Below, piece by piece: positions 54,375-63,405 of a stretch of 64,000 nucleotides of DNA. The first letter of the stretch is position 1, and every line of letters begins with the position of its first letter. The stretch comes from a virus, in the IMG/VR virus record IMGVR_UViG_3300032893_000735, positions 1-64,000 of that record; one strand, given 5' to 3'. The notes beneath the pieces are model-generated. The model worked only from the letters and a program-made list of their open reading frames with translations, was not told where the DNA came from and ran no database searches. Made by a program: the position numbers and the translations under genes.

Positions 54375-54460
54375 TGGCGGAAAGCACAGGAGTTTAACCT
54401 GATACCTTTCAGTACGCATCCGCTTCCAACGGAGCCTCGGAACGTCCGAGTTTACTTTCC
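54375..54460 (-). tRNA. tRNA-Ser(GGA)
   Basis: Loop TTGGAAG; long V-arm; G73. Confidence 0.75.
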
Positions 54461-54461
54461 A

Positions 54462-54550
54462 TGGCGGAGAAGGTGGGTGCTGACCCCACGCGGCTCTTTC
54501 AAGTCCACTGGTTTAGCAAACCAGCCCGTTTACCGTTCCGGCACTTCTCC
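54462..54550 (-). tRNA. tRNA-Ser(GCT)
   Basis: Loop TTGCTAA; long V-arm; G73. Confidence 0.85.
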
Positions 54551-54628
54551 GTAAAACTTGGTTGAGAACGTGTGCTCTGGTCGGGTTGATTAAGCACGTT
54601 TACCGCAGCCGACCAGCGTTCTCAAACT

Positions 54629-54706
54629 TGGTGCGGATGGTCGGATTTGAGCCGACAGACCGAAAGGTTTGAGCTTTCGAGGTATTCCAATTCCCATCAC
54701 ATCCGC
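54629..54706 (-). tRNA. tRNA-Leu(CAA) with a short variable loop
   Basis: GAAAG-CTCAAAC-CTTTC; CCA. Confidence 0.75.
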
Positions 54707-54711
54707 AAACT

Positions 54712-54793
54712 TGGTACCCGCAGAGGGACTTGAACCCCCACCCCTAGAGAATGCATCCTAAGTGCATCGTGTCTGCCATTCCACCATGCGGGC
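54712..54793 (-). tRNA. tRNA-Leu(TAG)
   Basis: Loop CTTAGGA; CCA. Confidence 0.85.
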
Positions 54794-54803
54794 AAAATTA
54801 AAC

Positions 54804-54890
54804 TGGTACTCGGGAAGGGACTCGAACCCTCATCCCCTTTCGAGGATTAGCACCTCAAGCTAACGCGGCTTCCAATTTCGCCACCCGAGT
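54804..54890 (-). tRNA. tRNA-Leu(GAG)
   Basis: Loop TTGAGGT; long V-arm; CCA. Confidence 0.85.
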
Positions 54891-54965
54891 AAAACTTTGT
54901 CGGATTTGTCCAGGCGGGGTCCGACTGGCCTCGATACGTTTAAAGTGGTGTTTGTCATCCACTAA

Positions 54966-55040
54966 TGGAGTACCGTGCTGGACTTCAACCAGCTAAAGAG
55001 GTTTTGCAGACCTCTGATTCGAGCCTTTATCTTACGGTAC
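54966..55040 (-). tRNA. tRNA-Cys(GCA)
   Basis: Loop CTGCAAA; U73; CCA. Confidence 0.75.
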
Positions 55041-55041
55041 A

Positions 55042-55117
55042 TGGTAGGCGGCCCGAGATTCGAACTCGGATATCAACGATCTTAAATCGTTTGCCTTTGC
55101 CGTTAGGCTAGCCGCCC
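55042..55117 (-). tRNA. tRNA-Leu(TAA) with a short variable loop
   Basis: AACGA-TTTAAGA-TCGTT; CCA. Confidence 0.8.
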
Positions 55118-55126
55118 ACTAAAAAC

Positions 55127-55155
55127 ATCCTACCACGGACAATTGGGTTTGTCAA
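55127..55155 (-). promoter_or_regulatory. sigma70 promoter heading the tRNA array
   Basis: TTGACA-N17-TAGGAT with extended TG. Confidence 0.75.
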
Positions 55156-55700
55156 GCGAAAAGATAGGGCCTCCACCGTTCATCTTCTTCCAACCCAACA
55201 AGTCTCAGCAAAGCACGAGACGTATGAACAGTCAATCGACCAGGAGGATTTAGCAACTTCATGTCCGCCTCTTCGGGCGTCCTATCAGCCTTCTTGAGGT
55301 TGCAAAATTTGCAAGCGGAAGTCAGGTTCTCCCAAATAAATCCGCCGCCTCGACTCTCAGGCAGGATATGATCCAGCGTCAGTACAACCTTCTGTGGCTT
55401 CCCGTTAACGAGGATCGTCGAGCCTTCCTTAGCCCCGCAATACTGGCATCTATAACGATCCCTAGCGTAAATGTTCGACCGAGTAAGGATCGATATCCGA
55501 ACAGGAATCCGCTTGTAGTTCCTCAGCCGGATAACGCAGGGGAGCATGATGCCGGGATAGACCTCAACACCGTAGTCTTCTTCCGCAACCGCTGAACCCT
55601 TGACTAGCAACTTCAGGGCGTTCTTAGCCCGCGTGATGCTGACGGGCTCATACGAGGCGTTAAGAACAAGAACTGCTTTATTTACGAGTGATCCGCTCAT
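55152..55700 (-). CDS. HNH endonuclease (McrA-like, VLVLNASYEP family)
   Basis: VLVLNASYEP...RDRYRCQYCG...TLDHILPESRGG...WENL..AC..CN.KK. Confidence 0.9.
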   Translation of the reverse strand: MSGSLVNKAVLVLNASYEPVSITRAKNALKLLVKGSAVAEEDYGVEVYPGIMLPCVIRLRNYKRIPVRISILTRSNIYARDRYRCQYCGAKEGSTILVNGKPQKVVLTLDHILPESRGGGFIWENLTSACKFCNLKKADRTPEEADMKLLNPPGRLTVHTSRALLRLVGLEEDERWRPYLFA

Positions 55701-55733
55701 GAGTCTATTATAGCATACCCAGTCAAACCGTAC

Positions 55734-56078
55734 TCACCATAGCCCGTTGAACGCACCTTTGTTAGCAAGTTGCTTCATCCGTTTATTGAACAAACGACCG
55801 TGGCAGGACTTCTGTGTGACTCTATCCCATGTTTCCACATGTACGCATTCATGAAGGACCGTAAGGATCGTGATCGCCTTGAATTTCTTTATCTCTTCCG
55901 AAATCCAGATTTCGAACTTCCGCTCGTCTTTAGGAACCTTTCCATGTTTGGACAAGGTGTTCCCGATGGAGTGCGGTGGCATCTTTGACTTCTTCTGCCA
56001 CTTGATTTTCACATTCTTTAGTTTGTTCCGGAAGTACCGTGAGTTGGCCAGATGGAATATCTCTTCAAGTCTAGTCAT
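55734..56078 (-). CDS. SprT-like metalloprotease domain protein
   Basis: N..YF.N.L; LHECVH...HG..F. Confidence 0.75.
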   Translation of the reverse strand: MTRLEEIFHLANSRYFRNKLKNVKIKWQKKSKMPPHSIGNTLSKHGKVPKDERKFEIWISEEIKKFKAITILTVLHECVHVETWDRVTQKSCHGRLFNKRMKQLANKGAFNGLW

Positions 56079-56101
56079 TTAATATATTATATCACGCAGA
56101 G

Positions 56102-56449
56102 TCAACCATTAAGATAAGCCAACAGATCTGGATTGTCCCTGAGAACCTGGAGCAGAACCGGAGCCACACAGTTCACGAAATCTTCCGCGTCCAGTTTTGG
56201 ATCAGTTTCATACGCTCCGGTAAACGACGGGTAAGTGCAACAATGCAGGGCCTCGTGCAATAAAACTTCTTTGGCTTTAGTCGCCCTGAGATTTTTCCGG
56301 ATACGTATCTCCGTCAGATCGAAGTCCGTTGAACCGAGTTCGTCAGGAAGTTCTTCAAGTGTCTTCCGGACAATCTTGTACGTATGAGGTCCGATCTTGA
56401 TTGTCCGTGGCATCTTCATGTTCGCGCCTTGAATAATTCCGATTCCCAC
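56102..56449 (-). CDS. HExxH (ImmA/IrrE-like) protein; likely start 56419
   Basis: MP..IKIG...YKI; LLHEALH. Confidence 0.65.
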   Translation of the reverse strand: MGIGIIQGANMKMPRTIKIGPHTYKIVRKTLEELPDELGSTDFDLTEIRIRKNLRATKAKEVLLHEALHCCTYPSFTGAYETDPKLDAEDFVNCVAPVLLQVLRDNPDLLAYLNG

Positions 56450-56877
56450 TGCCTACGTCTGGTCAGTCCATCAACCGGGGCCAGAACTCCCTTAACCCGA
56501 GACTTGTTATATTTCAGGATCTCAGAGGGAACAGCATCGTACTTCCCGTCATTAAGTCCAGTTTCGGACACTAGGGTTTTAAGGGTTCCGCAACCTAGAT
56601 TGTAACAGAAGCTGGACAGCGCGTCGAACTGGTTCTGGTTCAGAGGGGTTTTAATGAAAGCTACAATATATTTTTCTGAGCGATTCTTCAAGTCCTCCGC
56701 AAAGTCGGACATGGCTTTGTCCATAGTCTCGGGAACCTTCTCATTGTCCAGCAGCGGACCCTTGTGCATCAAGTGCCCGACGCCTTCCGTGGCATTCCCT
56801 GACAGGTCATTATATGGAACAAGTTTGACGCCTTCAAATCCGGCGATCTTCTTGACAGCTTCTGGGGAGGTGTTCAT
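56416..56877 (-). CDS. Endolysin, GH24 lysozyme
   Basis: IAGFEG...Y.D..G..T.G.GH, LNQNQFDALSSFCYNLG, GLTRRR..E..LF. Confidence 0.92.
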   Translation of the reverse strand: MNTSPEAVKKIAGFEGVKLVPYNDLSGNATEGVGHLMHKGPLLDNEKVPETMDKAMSDFAEDLKNRSEKYIVAFIKTPLNQNQFDALSSFCYNLGCGTLKTLVSETGLNDGKYDAVPSEILKYNKSRVKGVLAPVDGLTRRRQWESELFKART

Positions 56878-57422
56878 AGGGGCCAGTGATAAACCTGGGG
56901 GTCAGTTTGTCTAGCAAATTTTCGCAAAAGATGGATAGGTACTTTATCTGCATCGGGGCGGAAGTCAATTATCTTGTAAGCACCCTTCCACAGATTGCAC
57001 CTGACGCACAGAGGCTGAATGTTATAGATCTGATTACTTCCTCCTAAAAAAAGAGAAAGGATGTGGTCTGGGACAAGACGATACTCGGATGATCCGCACC
57101 TCAGACATTCGTGATTATATTTTTCTTTAAGGGATTCCCATTCTTCGGGGAGAAATTTACCGTCAGCCTCTGCTTCTCTTTGAAGCCTGTGACGTTTCTT
57201 CCTCGCAGCGTAACTCTCTGTTCCGTCTTCGCTGTGTACTCTTCGAACTCTTTCTTTTCTGAAAGTCGAACGAGTCTCTCTAGGCTCTATTCTATCTGGG
57301 TCTTCGTCCCAGCGACTACTCCTACACCCAGCACATCTGACTGGAATCGAATAGGCAGACCATGCGTACCCACATAGGTTGCACTCACATTCATACATTG
57401 TTACTATGATTTTTTCAATCAT
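56874..57422 (-). CDS. HNH endonuclease with an N-terminal Zn ribbon
   Basis: CLRCG...DHIL....GGSN...NIQPLC..CN..KG. Confidence 0.85.
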   Translation of the reverse strand: MIEKIIVTMYECECNLCGYAWSAYSIPVRCAGCRSSRWDEDPDRIEPRETRSTFRKERVRRVHSEDGTESYAARKKRHRLQREAEADGKFLPEEWESLKEKYNHECLRCGSSEYRLVPDHILSLFLGGSNQIYNIQPLCVRCNLWKGAYKIIDFRPDADKVPIHLLRKFARQTDPQVYHWPL

Positions 57423-57445
57423 TCGTTTCCTCTTCCGAACAGTAA

Positions 57446-57793
57446 CTACTGCTTCGGCGGTTTACAGATATAGCAAGTGCAGGTAGCAGAATGTTTAGGT
57501 CTTCCAAGTTTTAAGGCCATCTGCGCCAAAATAGATTCAGCTACAGAAGATCCAGGTGGCTTTGGTTTCTCTGTTTGAGTCTCGTTCTTCAAAACTTCTA
57601 CACAGGAGAATTGGTCTAACTCCGAAGAGGAAAGTATTCGACTAACTTCTTGTTCTATCGGTACTGTTTTAGAATCCCTAGAATTCCAGTCTCGATGCTT
57701 CCCTTTTCCAGCACAACGCTTAGGAATGCTTTCGGATAGCCAAGTATGCCCGCACCAGCAAATACATTCGTTTACTTCTTTTCGTCTTATCAT
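57446..57793 (-). CDS. Zn-ribbon hypothetical protein (likely start MIRRKE)
   Basis: CWCGHTW...PKRCA...W resembles the N-terminus of the adjacent HNH. Confidence 0.5.
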   Translation of the reverse strand: MIRRKEVNECICWCGHTWLSESIPKRCAGKGKHRDWNSRDSKTVPIEQEVSRILSSSELDQFSCVEVLKNETQTEKPKPPGSSVAESILAQMALKLGRPKHSATCTCYICKPPKQ

Positions 57794-58258
57794 CTGGTTC
57801 CATAGTACCAAGTTATTTGTCGTCCCATAGAACCCGATCTTTATCTTTTGGTTCCATAGTACCAAAACTTTTAAGGGAGGGTCGGGGTCGCTAGGTGAAG
57901 TCTCAGTCCTACGGCACAACGCGGGGGTCAGGCCCCCGGTGGGTGGGCCGCGTTTCGTAGGGTCCCCCGCAAGTCGCACATATCAAACGACTTAGCGCCA
58001 CCGTAGACAAGTCTCTTGGAGAATCTCCGCCGGACCGATACTGCATCTATTGCCACACTGTAGTCACAGCTTACCTGTAACCTATTGATTCTAAAGGGGC
58101 GATGCAAAACTAATGTTATCGGTCGATGGGTTTGGCCGATTCGGTGGCCGATGCCCGGTGAAAACTGTATGTTGATTCTAAACGACTTAGGCCATGTAAC
58201 CCCGCCGCTGTGTCCTGTTCTATGGCCGATAGCCTAAGGTAAACGTCTCAGTACTGAG

Positions 58259-58462
58259 TCATTTAGATCCTAATACAGACGTGCTACTTGCCTTGGACAC
58301 GTCTTTGCCTCTACCCTTGCGCTTTGCTCTAGTCTTTGGCTTAAGTCTTTTAAAGCCTTGCAGTTGCCTAGTCGCATCCAAGACTTGTTTAATGCTGGCC
58401 TTGGGGTCCTGGATAATACGGATTAGGGCTAGCTCTGCTATTTGAGATTGAGTCTTGGGCAT
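58259..58462 (-). CDS. Basic hypothetical protein (MPKTQSQ...)
   Basis: First gene of the leftward block; helical, with a basic tail. Confidence 0.45.
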   Translation of the reverse strand: MPKTQSQIAELALIRIIQDPKASIKQVLDATRQLQGFKRLKPKTRAKRKGRGKDVSKASSTSVLGSK

Positions 58463-58677
58463 TAGGTAAGCGATACTACGTAAGCGTATGGGTTGGTACG
58501 GGCCCGTGTGATCCATTGCGAATCTAGCAATAATTGACCGCGACTGAGGATAGCGCTTGCTGTGTGCGGGCCCGTCTATAGTGTATAGAGTGATTCGGGG
58601 CGCGAAAACGTGCATTCCGTCCGTAAAATGGATTTTCGCAATGTTTTTCGGCCTTCATTATCAATCGTTTAGGGTAG

Positions 58678-58735
58678 TTTTCCACATTTTCCACAGACAG
58701 GGGAGATTGACACAAATTCGGGATAGTGGGAATCT
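58678..58735 (+). promoter_or_regulatory. Early promoter with two tandem TTTTCCACA boxes
   Basis: TTGACA-N17-GAATCT preceded by DnaA-box-like 9-mers. Confidence 0.55.
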
Positions 58736-58764
58736 AGGAATGTCAACGCAACAAAGGAGACGAG

Positions 58765-59256
58765 ATGGCACAGCAACCAAATTGGAAGAGCATCGGCACG
58801 GTCGGAGATGTTAACCCGTTGGACTATGACGGCGGATACGTATATGAGGATACGACTGGCGTCTATCCTGCCGAATTGGAATATGTCCGGAATGTATCGG
58901 GCACAGAAGACGAAAACGGACCGTGGGAAGTCTATCGCTGGCCATTGGACCGCTACGAAATGGTCGACGCGGGCGGTGATACGCTGCTAGTGCCGTTTGG
59001 GTTTGGCTCTCGTTCAGATCTTCCTCATCCGCTGGCCAATTACGACGCGTGGTTTAATGACGACATTTCGCAAGTAGCATCCTATGTTGGATCCAACGTT
59101 GCGGAGATGCGTGCTTCGCTGTGCTCCGACAATCCGATGGAGCGGGCCTGGGTATATTTGGACCTTGCGACCTGCCACGGTTTCGAGAATTTCGACTCTT
59201 ACCCTCTTGACTACTCGGACCGCGAAGAACTGGAGAAGCGGTACGCAACGTTATAG
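58765..59256 (+). CDS. Early hypothetical protein
   Basis: AAGGAG RBS; acidic, 163 aa. Confidence 0.75.
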   Translation: MAQQPNWKSIGTVGDVNPLDYDGGYVYEDTTGVYPAELEYVRNVSGTEDENGPWEVYRWPLDRYEMVDAGGDTLLVPFGFGSRSDLPHPLANYDAWFNDDISQVASYVGSNVAEMRASLCSDNPMERAWVYLDLATCHGFENFDSYPLDYSDREELEKRYATL

Positions 59257-59515
59257 AATCCGTCCAGATAATGGACAACTTACAGCGTAACCCATCCGCT
59301 ATATGATGGGCGGGGAGTTGAGACAATGCCTGATTTTTCTATCGGATGTTTGCTGGTTATTCTCGGCGTAGTGTTGTGTTTAGTGGCGCAGTTTCTCGCC
59401 GAATGGATCAATGATTAGCGTCCATTTTTCAGACAACACCCTAGGGTAAAATCGCCAGTACTGCGCTGTTTTGCCCTACTGATCTGTACTCACGGCGCAA
59501 TGGAGGAGCTAGAAA

Positions 59516-59719
59516 ATGAATTCCTATGTGGTAATCTGCGGAAACATTGGAATGGTGTATTCCGGCGGAGTGTATCAATCCGCATTGGACGCGTTCACAG
59601 TCTACAAAAACAAGTCTATTCGGGGCGAGGGGCGCGCAAGCGGCGAAAGTGTTACCATGTTCCGGAATGGCGAAGTAATCAAGGAATTCATCGGAAGCAC
59701 GGACGAAAACGAAGACTAA
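59516..59719 (+). CDS. Early hypothetical protein
   Basis: GGAGG RBS. Confidence 0.7.
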   Translation: MNSYVVICGNIGMVYSGGVYQSALDAFTVYKNKSIRGEGRASGESVTMFRNGEVIKEFIGSTDENED

Positions 59720-59822
59720 TCGCAGAGTGGCCGTCCGGAAAATGGACGGTTAATGCGGCGGTCCCGTCACAAGCCGGGACAATCCAAACCGTATTCCGTG
59801 AAACTCACGGCGAAAGGGAAAC

Positions 59823-60341
59823 ATGTACGTCCCGAAGAATCTCAAGCTATGGACATTGCCGGATTCATACTTCGGCGAGCGCTGGACGGATTATTACGTG
59901 GTAATCGGTGCTCACCGGGACAGCGACACAATTTCTCGGTGCAACTTCGATTGCATCCTTGCCGACTTGGAAAAACTGGAATCTGAAACGTGCAAGGAAT
60001 GGGACAATGGGACGGATGACGAATCCGCCTTGCAGCACGTCACAGAGAATCATTGGGCCGTTGGATGGGTCGAATGGATCGGAATTCACAAGAATGCGCC
60101 CGATGAATTGTTGCGGCGAGCCGATGAAATAATTGGCGAGCTGGAAGATTATCCGGTGTACAACGATGACAAGCTGTCAGAATTCGAAGATGAACAGGCT
60201 TGTGAAGCTTGGAAGTCTTACAGCTTGCGGGACCGAATCGAACTATGTGCGGAGTATGGAGTCTCGATTTTCGCCGCGCGGCGCGACTATCCGCCGTATG
60301 ACGATCAAGGCGGAATTCAGCAAACCTTACTAGGCTACTAA
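59823..60341 (+). CDS. Early hypothetical acidic protein
   Basis: HWAVGWVEWI motif, 172 aa. Confidence 0.7.
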   Translation: MYVPKNLKLWTLPDSYFGERWTDYYVVIGAHRDSDTISRCNFDCILADLEKLESETCKEWDNGTDDESALQHVTENHWAVGWVEWIGIHKNAPDELLRRADEIIGELEDYPVYNDDKLSEFEDEQACEAWKSYSLRDRIELCAEYGVSIFAARRDYPPYDDQGGIQQTLLGY

Positions 60342-60362
60342 TCCCATTTTCCGGACAAAACA

Positions 60363-60545
60363 ATGAAACCAAATAATTGGATCAATCCTCGGGACGATTA
60401 CGCGATCTGTAGAGCAAAACAGGTCGTCGGGTACCGGACCGGCTCCGCCCTGCAATCACACATTAACACTTGTCACGGCGGGCAAGTTTCCGATACTTGC
60501 CCCGCGTGCAAAGAGATTCAGCGCAAGATGGAGGCAGCAAAGTGA
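60363..60545 (+). CDS. Small Cys/His protein
   Basis: H...CH....CPAC. Confidence 0.55.
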   Translation: MKPNNWINPRDDYAICRAKQVVGYRTGSALQSHINTCHGGQVSDTCPACKEIQRKMEAAK

Positions 60546-60766
60546 CCATTCAGCAAGCCGCATGGCAAAAAAGAAGCGACGTTGTCGATGTAGACTGGAA
60601 GGAATTGTGGGAGCGGTACGACTACCCGCATGCTACGATTCTCGGAGGCTGCCAGAACGTCTCGCACCGCACGGCGCAACCGTTCTGGAGCACACTCAAA
60701 CGGGCGGCGGTTTTGACCGTGCTGTTTACGGCAGTGTTCGCCATTTTCACCGCAATTGTGTTTTAG
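60542..60766 (+). CDS. Small membrane protein (GTG start)
   Basis: GGAGG RBS; C-terminal TM segment. Confidence 0.5.
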   Translation: MTIQQAAWQKRSDVVDVDWKELWERYDYPHATILGGCQNVSHRTAQPFWSTLKRAAVLTVLFTAVFAIFTAIVF

Positions 60767-60782
60767 TCCATTTTCTGGAAAG

Positions 60783-60830
60783 TTTTCCACAATTTTCAGG
60801 CTTGACACGGAAAACAATAACAACTAATCT
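60783..60830 (+). promoter_or_regulatory. Early promoter with a TTTTCCACA box
   Basis: TTGACA-N17-TAATCT. Confidence 0.65.
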
Positions 60831-60851
60831 TGAATCATTGGAGGGCAAGAC

Positions 60852-61166
60852 ATGGTCCTCGACCCGCGTTACAAAGCAATGGAGAACCCTACTATCCTAC
60901 TCATGCACGCTATTGGATGGCAGGGCGGAACGGTTCACCAAGTGGCGGAACATACAGGCTTGCCCGTGCCCGATATTCTTTCCTTACACAAGCATGAGCC
61001 GTATTCCGGCTTGAATTCTTCGGCGTGCTCCGGGTGGACCAGTGTAAGAACGTGTTCTCTCGAATGGAACCAGGAACGGATCTTCCCGAAGTACCACGGC
61101 AACATTGACTTTTGGTCCGGGGTTTTACAGGCTCAGTTCAGCATCGAGGTAATGGGCCTATCCTAA
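60852..61166 (+). CDS. Early hypothetical protein
   Basis: GGAGG RBS; GWQGGTVHQV. Confidence 0.65.
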   Translation: MVLDPRYKAMENPTILLMHAIGWQGGTVHQVAEHTGLPVPDILSLHKHEPYSGLNSSACSGWTSVRTCSLEWNQERIFPKYHGNIDFWSGVLQAQFSIEVMGLS

Positions 61167-61360
61167 CGGCACAATCCGAAAAATGGACAACTCACGGGGG
61201 GAAGGTGTACCATGAAAACAATTTTCTGGGATGTGTTTCATAATGGGCGCAAGATTGACAGCGTACCATATTCGGCGGACTGTGATAAGGAATATGTGCG
61301 CCGCTCACTGATTGAACACGACGGGTATAACCCCGACATCCTTGTCCGCAAGGCGCGATA

Positions 61361-61696
61361 ATGCGAATGTGGATGGTCGAACCCCGGCTAATGTGTCGCA
61401 AGCATCTGTTAGGTGAGCACGTAGAGCTGCACATGCTAGTCGGGAGCCTTCAGCGCGGAAAGTCAATAGCAGGTTTCTTGTCTAGGGGCCTGCTAGAACC
61501 TCAACACATACGAGAGCGTCACGCGATTTTAGTTGCGGAAATGGAACGGCGGGGATACTCTCATAACAGTGCACTCGCGGAATACGAAACCGATATAACC
61601 GGCAAGGTGGACAGACAAAAGTCATTGCAGGATCTTTCGGGAAGGTGTATCGAGTGTGCGGAACGGATCAAAGAACAAGGAGGCGCGGAAAAATGA
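61361..61696 (+). CDS. Pyrimidine-dimer DNA glycosylase (DenV-like)
   Basis: MRMW.V.P..MCRKHLLGEH.ELH...RH..LV.EM..RGY.H.S. Confidence 0.8.
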   Translation: MRMWMVEPRLMCRKHLLGEHVELHMLVGSLQRGKSIAGFLSRGLLEPQHIRERHAILVAEMERRGYSHNSALAEYETDITGKVDRQKSLQDLSGRCIECAERIKEQGGAEK

Positions 61697-61863
61697 TTTT
61701 CAGGACAAGGAAAGACGCGAAGTCGTGGGCGAAAGCGAATCTCCGAGGAAAATACTATCGCCTTGTGACATCTTACGTAAACGCAGAGCGCGGCTATGAG
61801 ACGAAAATCGCTCTCCAGTCCCGCCCATTTAGCCGAATGAATGATCCGAAAGTTTACGCCTAA
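61693..61863 (+). CDS. Small basic hypothetical protein
   Basis: ATGA overlap with the upstream gene; GGAGG RBS. Confidence 0.5.
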   Translation: MIFRTRKDAKSWAKANLRGKYYRLVTSYVNAERGYETKIALQSRPFSRMNDPKVYA

Positions 61864-61919
61864 CCGCTTAGCCGGAGCGTTATCCGGCCCCTCTACCGGG
61901 TTTAACGGTCCCGGCACTG

Positions 61920-62786
61920 ATGAGCGCGAAAGGCGCGAAAGGGAGAATCCAAAAAAAAATGGACAGAACGACGAATCGAGTGGACGTACCGAAACGGGTT
62001 TTAGATCGCGTCTACGCATCGAAACCTGAAGACTGGAAACAGCACGAAAACGGCGGCGGATGGGTGCATAAAACCGCTTATGTTGAAAAATCGGCTTATT
62101 TGCATCCTACGTCGATTGTGTCCGGCGATGCTCGGGTGTACGGCAATGCTCGGGTGTACGGCGATGCTTGGGTGTCCGGCAATGCTTGGGTGTACGGCAA
62201 TGCTCGGGTGTACGGCGATGCTTGGGTGTCCGGCAATGCTCGGGTGTCCGGCAATGCTTGGGTGTCCGGCGATGCTCGGGTGTCCGGCGATGCTCGGGTG
62301 TCCGGCGATGCTTGGGTGTCCGGCAATGCTCGGGTGTCCGGCAATGCTCAGGTGTCCGGCGATGCTTGGGTGTCCGGCAATGCTCGGGTGTACGGCAATG
62401 CTCAGGTGTCCGGCAATGCTCAGGTGTCCGGCGATGCTTGGGTGTCCGGCAATGCTCGGGTGTACGGCAATGCTCAGGTGTCCGGCGATGCTCGGGTGTA
62501 CGGCAATGCTCGGGTGTCCGGCGATGCTCGGGTGTCCGGCGATGCTTGGGTATTTTCGCCCCTCTACATCCAAGGCACAATGCACTCGCTCACCTTGTGC
62601 AGTTTTACGCAAATTGCTGTAGGGTGCCACGTCCATGATATAACCTATTGGATGAAGCATTACAAGGCAATAGGGCGGACCGAGGGGTACACGAAAGAAC
62701 AGGTAAGCGAGTACAAACGACATTTGGATTATTTGGCCGCAGAGTCTGAGCGGCTACTGGCTGCAAAAATCGAAACGAAGGAATAA
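61920..62786 (+). CDS. Hexapeptide-repeat (left-handed beta-helix) protein
   Basis: 24 x V[SY]G[DN]A[RWQ]; HENGGGWV N-terminus and IAVGCH C-terminus. Confidence 0.8.
   Translation: MSAKGAKGRIQKKMDRTTNRVDVPKRVLDRVYASKPEDWKQHENGGGWVHKTAYVEKSAYLHPTSIVSGDARVYGNARVYGDAWVSGNAWVYGNARVYGDAWVSGNARVSGNAWVSGDARVSGDARVSGDAWVSGNARVSGNAQVSGDAWVSGNARVYGNAQVSGNAQVSGDAWVSGNARVYGNAQVSGDARVYGNARVSGDARVSGDAWVFSPLYIQGTMHSLTLCSFTQIAVGCHVHDITYWMKHYKAIGRTEGYTKEQVSEYKRHLDYLAAESERLLAAKIETKE
62118..62549 (+). repeat. 24 tandem 18-bp units GTGT(A/C)CGGC(A/G)ATGCT(C/T)(G/A)G
   Basis: Read directly; coding repeat. Confidence 0.95.
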
Positions 62787-62877
62787 CCAACCGCCCGCCG
62801 GAGCGTATCCGGTAGGCTCTACAGGCAAGCCGTCACGGGGCAGAGCTGAGCATCTACTAATTGCCTAAAGGAGAACC

Positions 62878-63405
62878 ATGAGTAAGTACACGGAACAGGC
62901 GGAAAAGTTTCTCAAGGACCACGGCCTGACATTCACGGCGCAGCTTATCGGGTCTGATTGCCCGAAGTTTTGCGAAGATGCAGCCAAAATGCGGGAAATG
63001 GACAACCACGAATTCCTATCAGAAGTAAACGAAGCGGGCGAAAGTTTTGCAGAATCCGCCCAAGAAATGTTAGACGCACTCCGCGCGGCGCAAGAATCCG
63101 AGGACAATGAGGCTGAGGATGAAGCGCGGCGGACAATTGACGCGCACCCGCTTTCGGTCCAGGTTCGTGGCGGATGGCATACTCCGGGTTGCGGCGGCAG
63201 AGTGGCGGAGGAATTCGAGATTCTGCTAGGCACCGGTGGCCCCGCATCCAGGATCATCGGGGAACTGAACGAATACGCCGAACCCGATTCGGCGCGGTTT
63301 GAATATCAGGATTGGTTTAAGCCGTGGACTCCAGCGCTCAACTTGTCTGAAGATCAGAATGAAGCGATCCTAGAATTTGCCCGCCAGTTCTATTACGGCG
63401 AATAA
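62878..63405 (+). CDS. Early hypothetical protein
   Basis: AAGGAG RBS; EILLGTGGPASRI.G....A.FEYQDWF.PW. Confidence 0.75.
   Translation: MSKYTEQAEKFLKDHGLTFTAQLIGSDCPKFCEDAAKMREMDNHEFLSEVNEAGESFAESAQEMLDALRAAQESEDNEAEDEARRTIDAHPLSVQVRGGWHTPGCGGRVAEEFEILLGTGGPASRIIGELNEYAEPDSARFEYQDWFKPWTPALNLSEDQNEAILEFARQFYYGE

Noticed and set aside
62118-62549. CRISPR array
   Set aside because: Units are contiguous 18-mers without unique spacers and encode an in-frame hexapeptide repeat; no cas genes are present.
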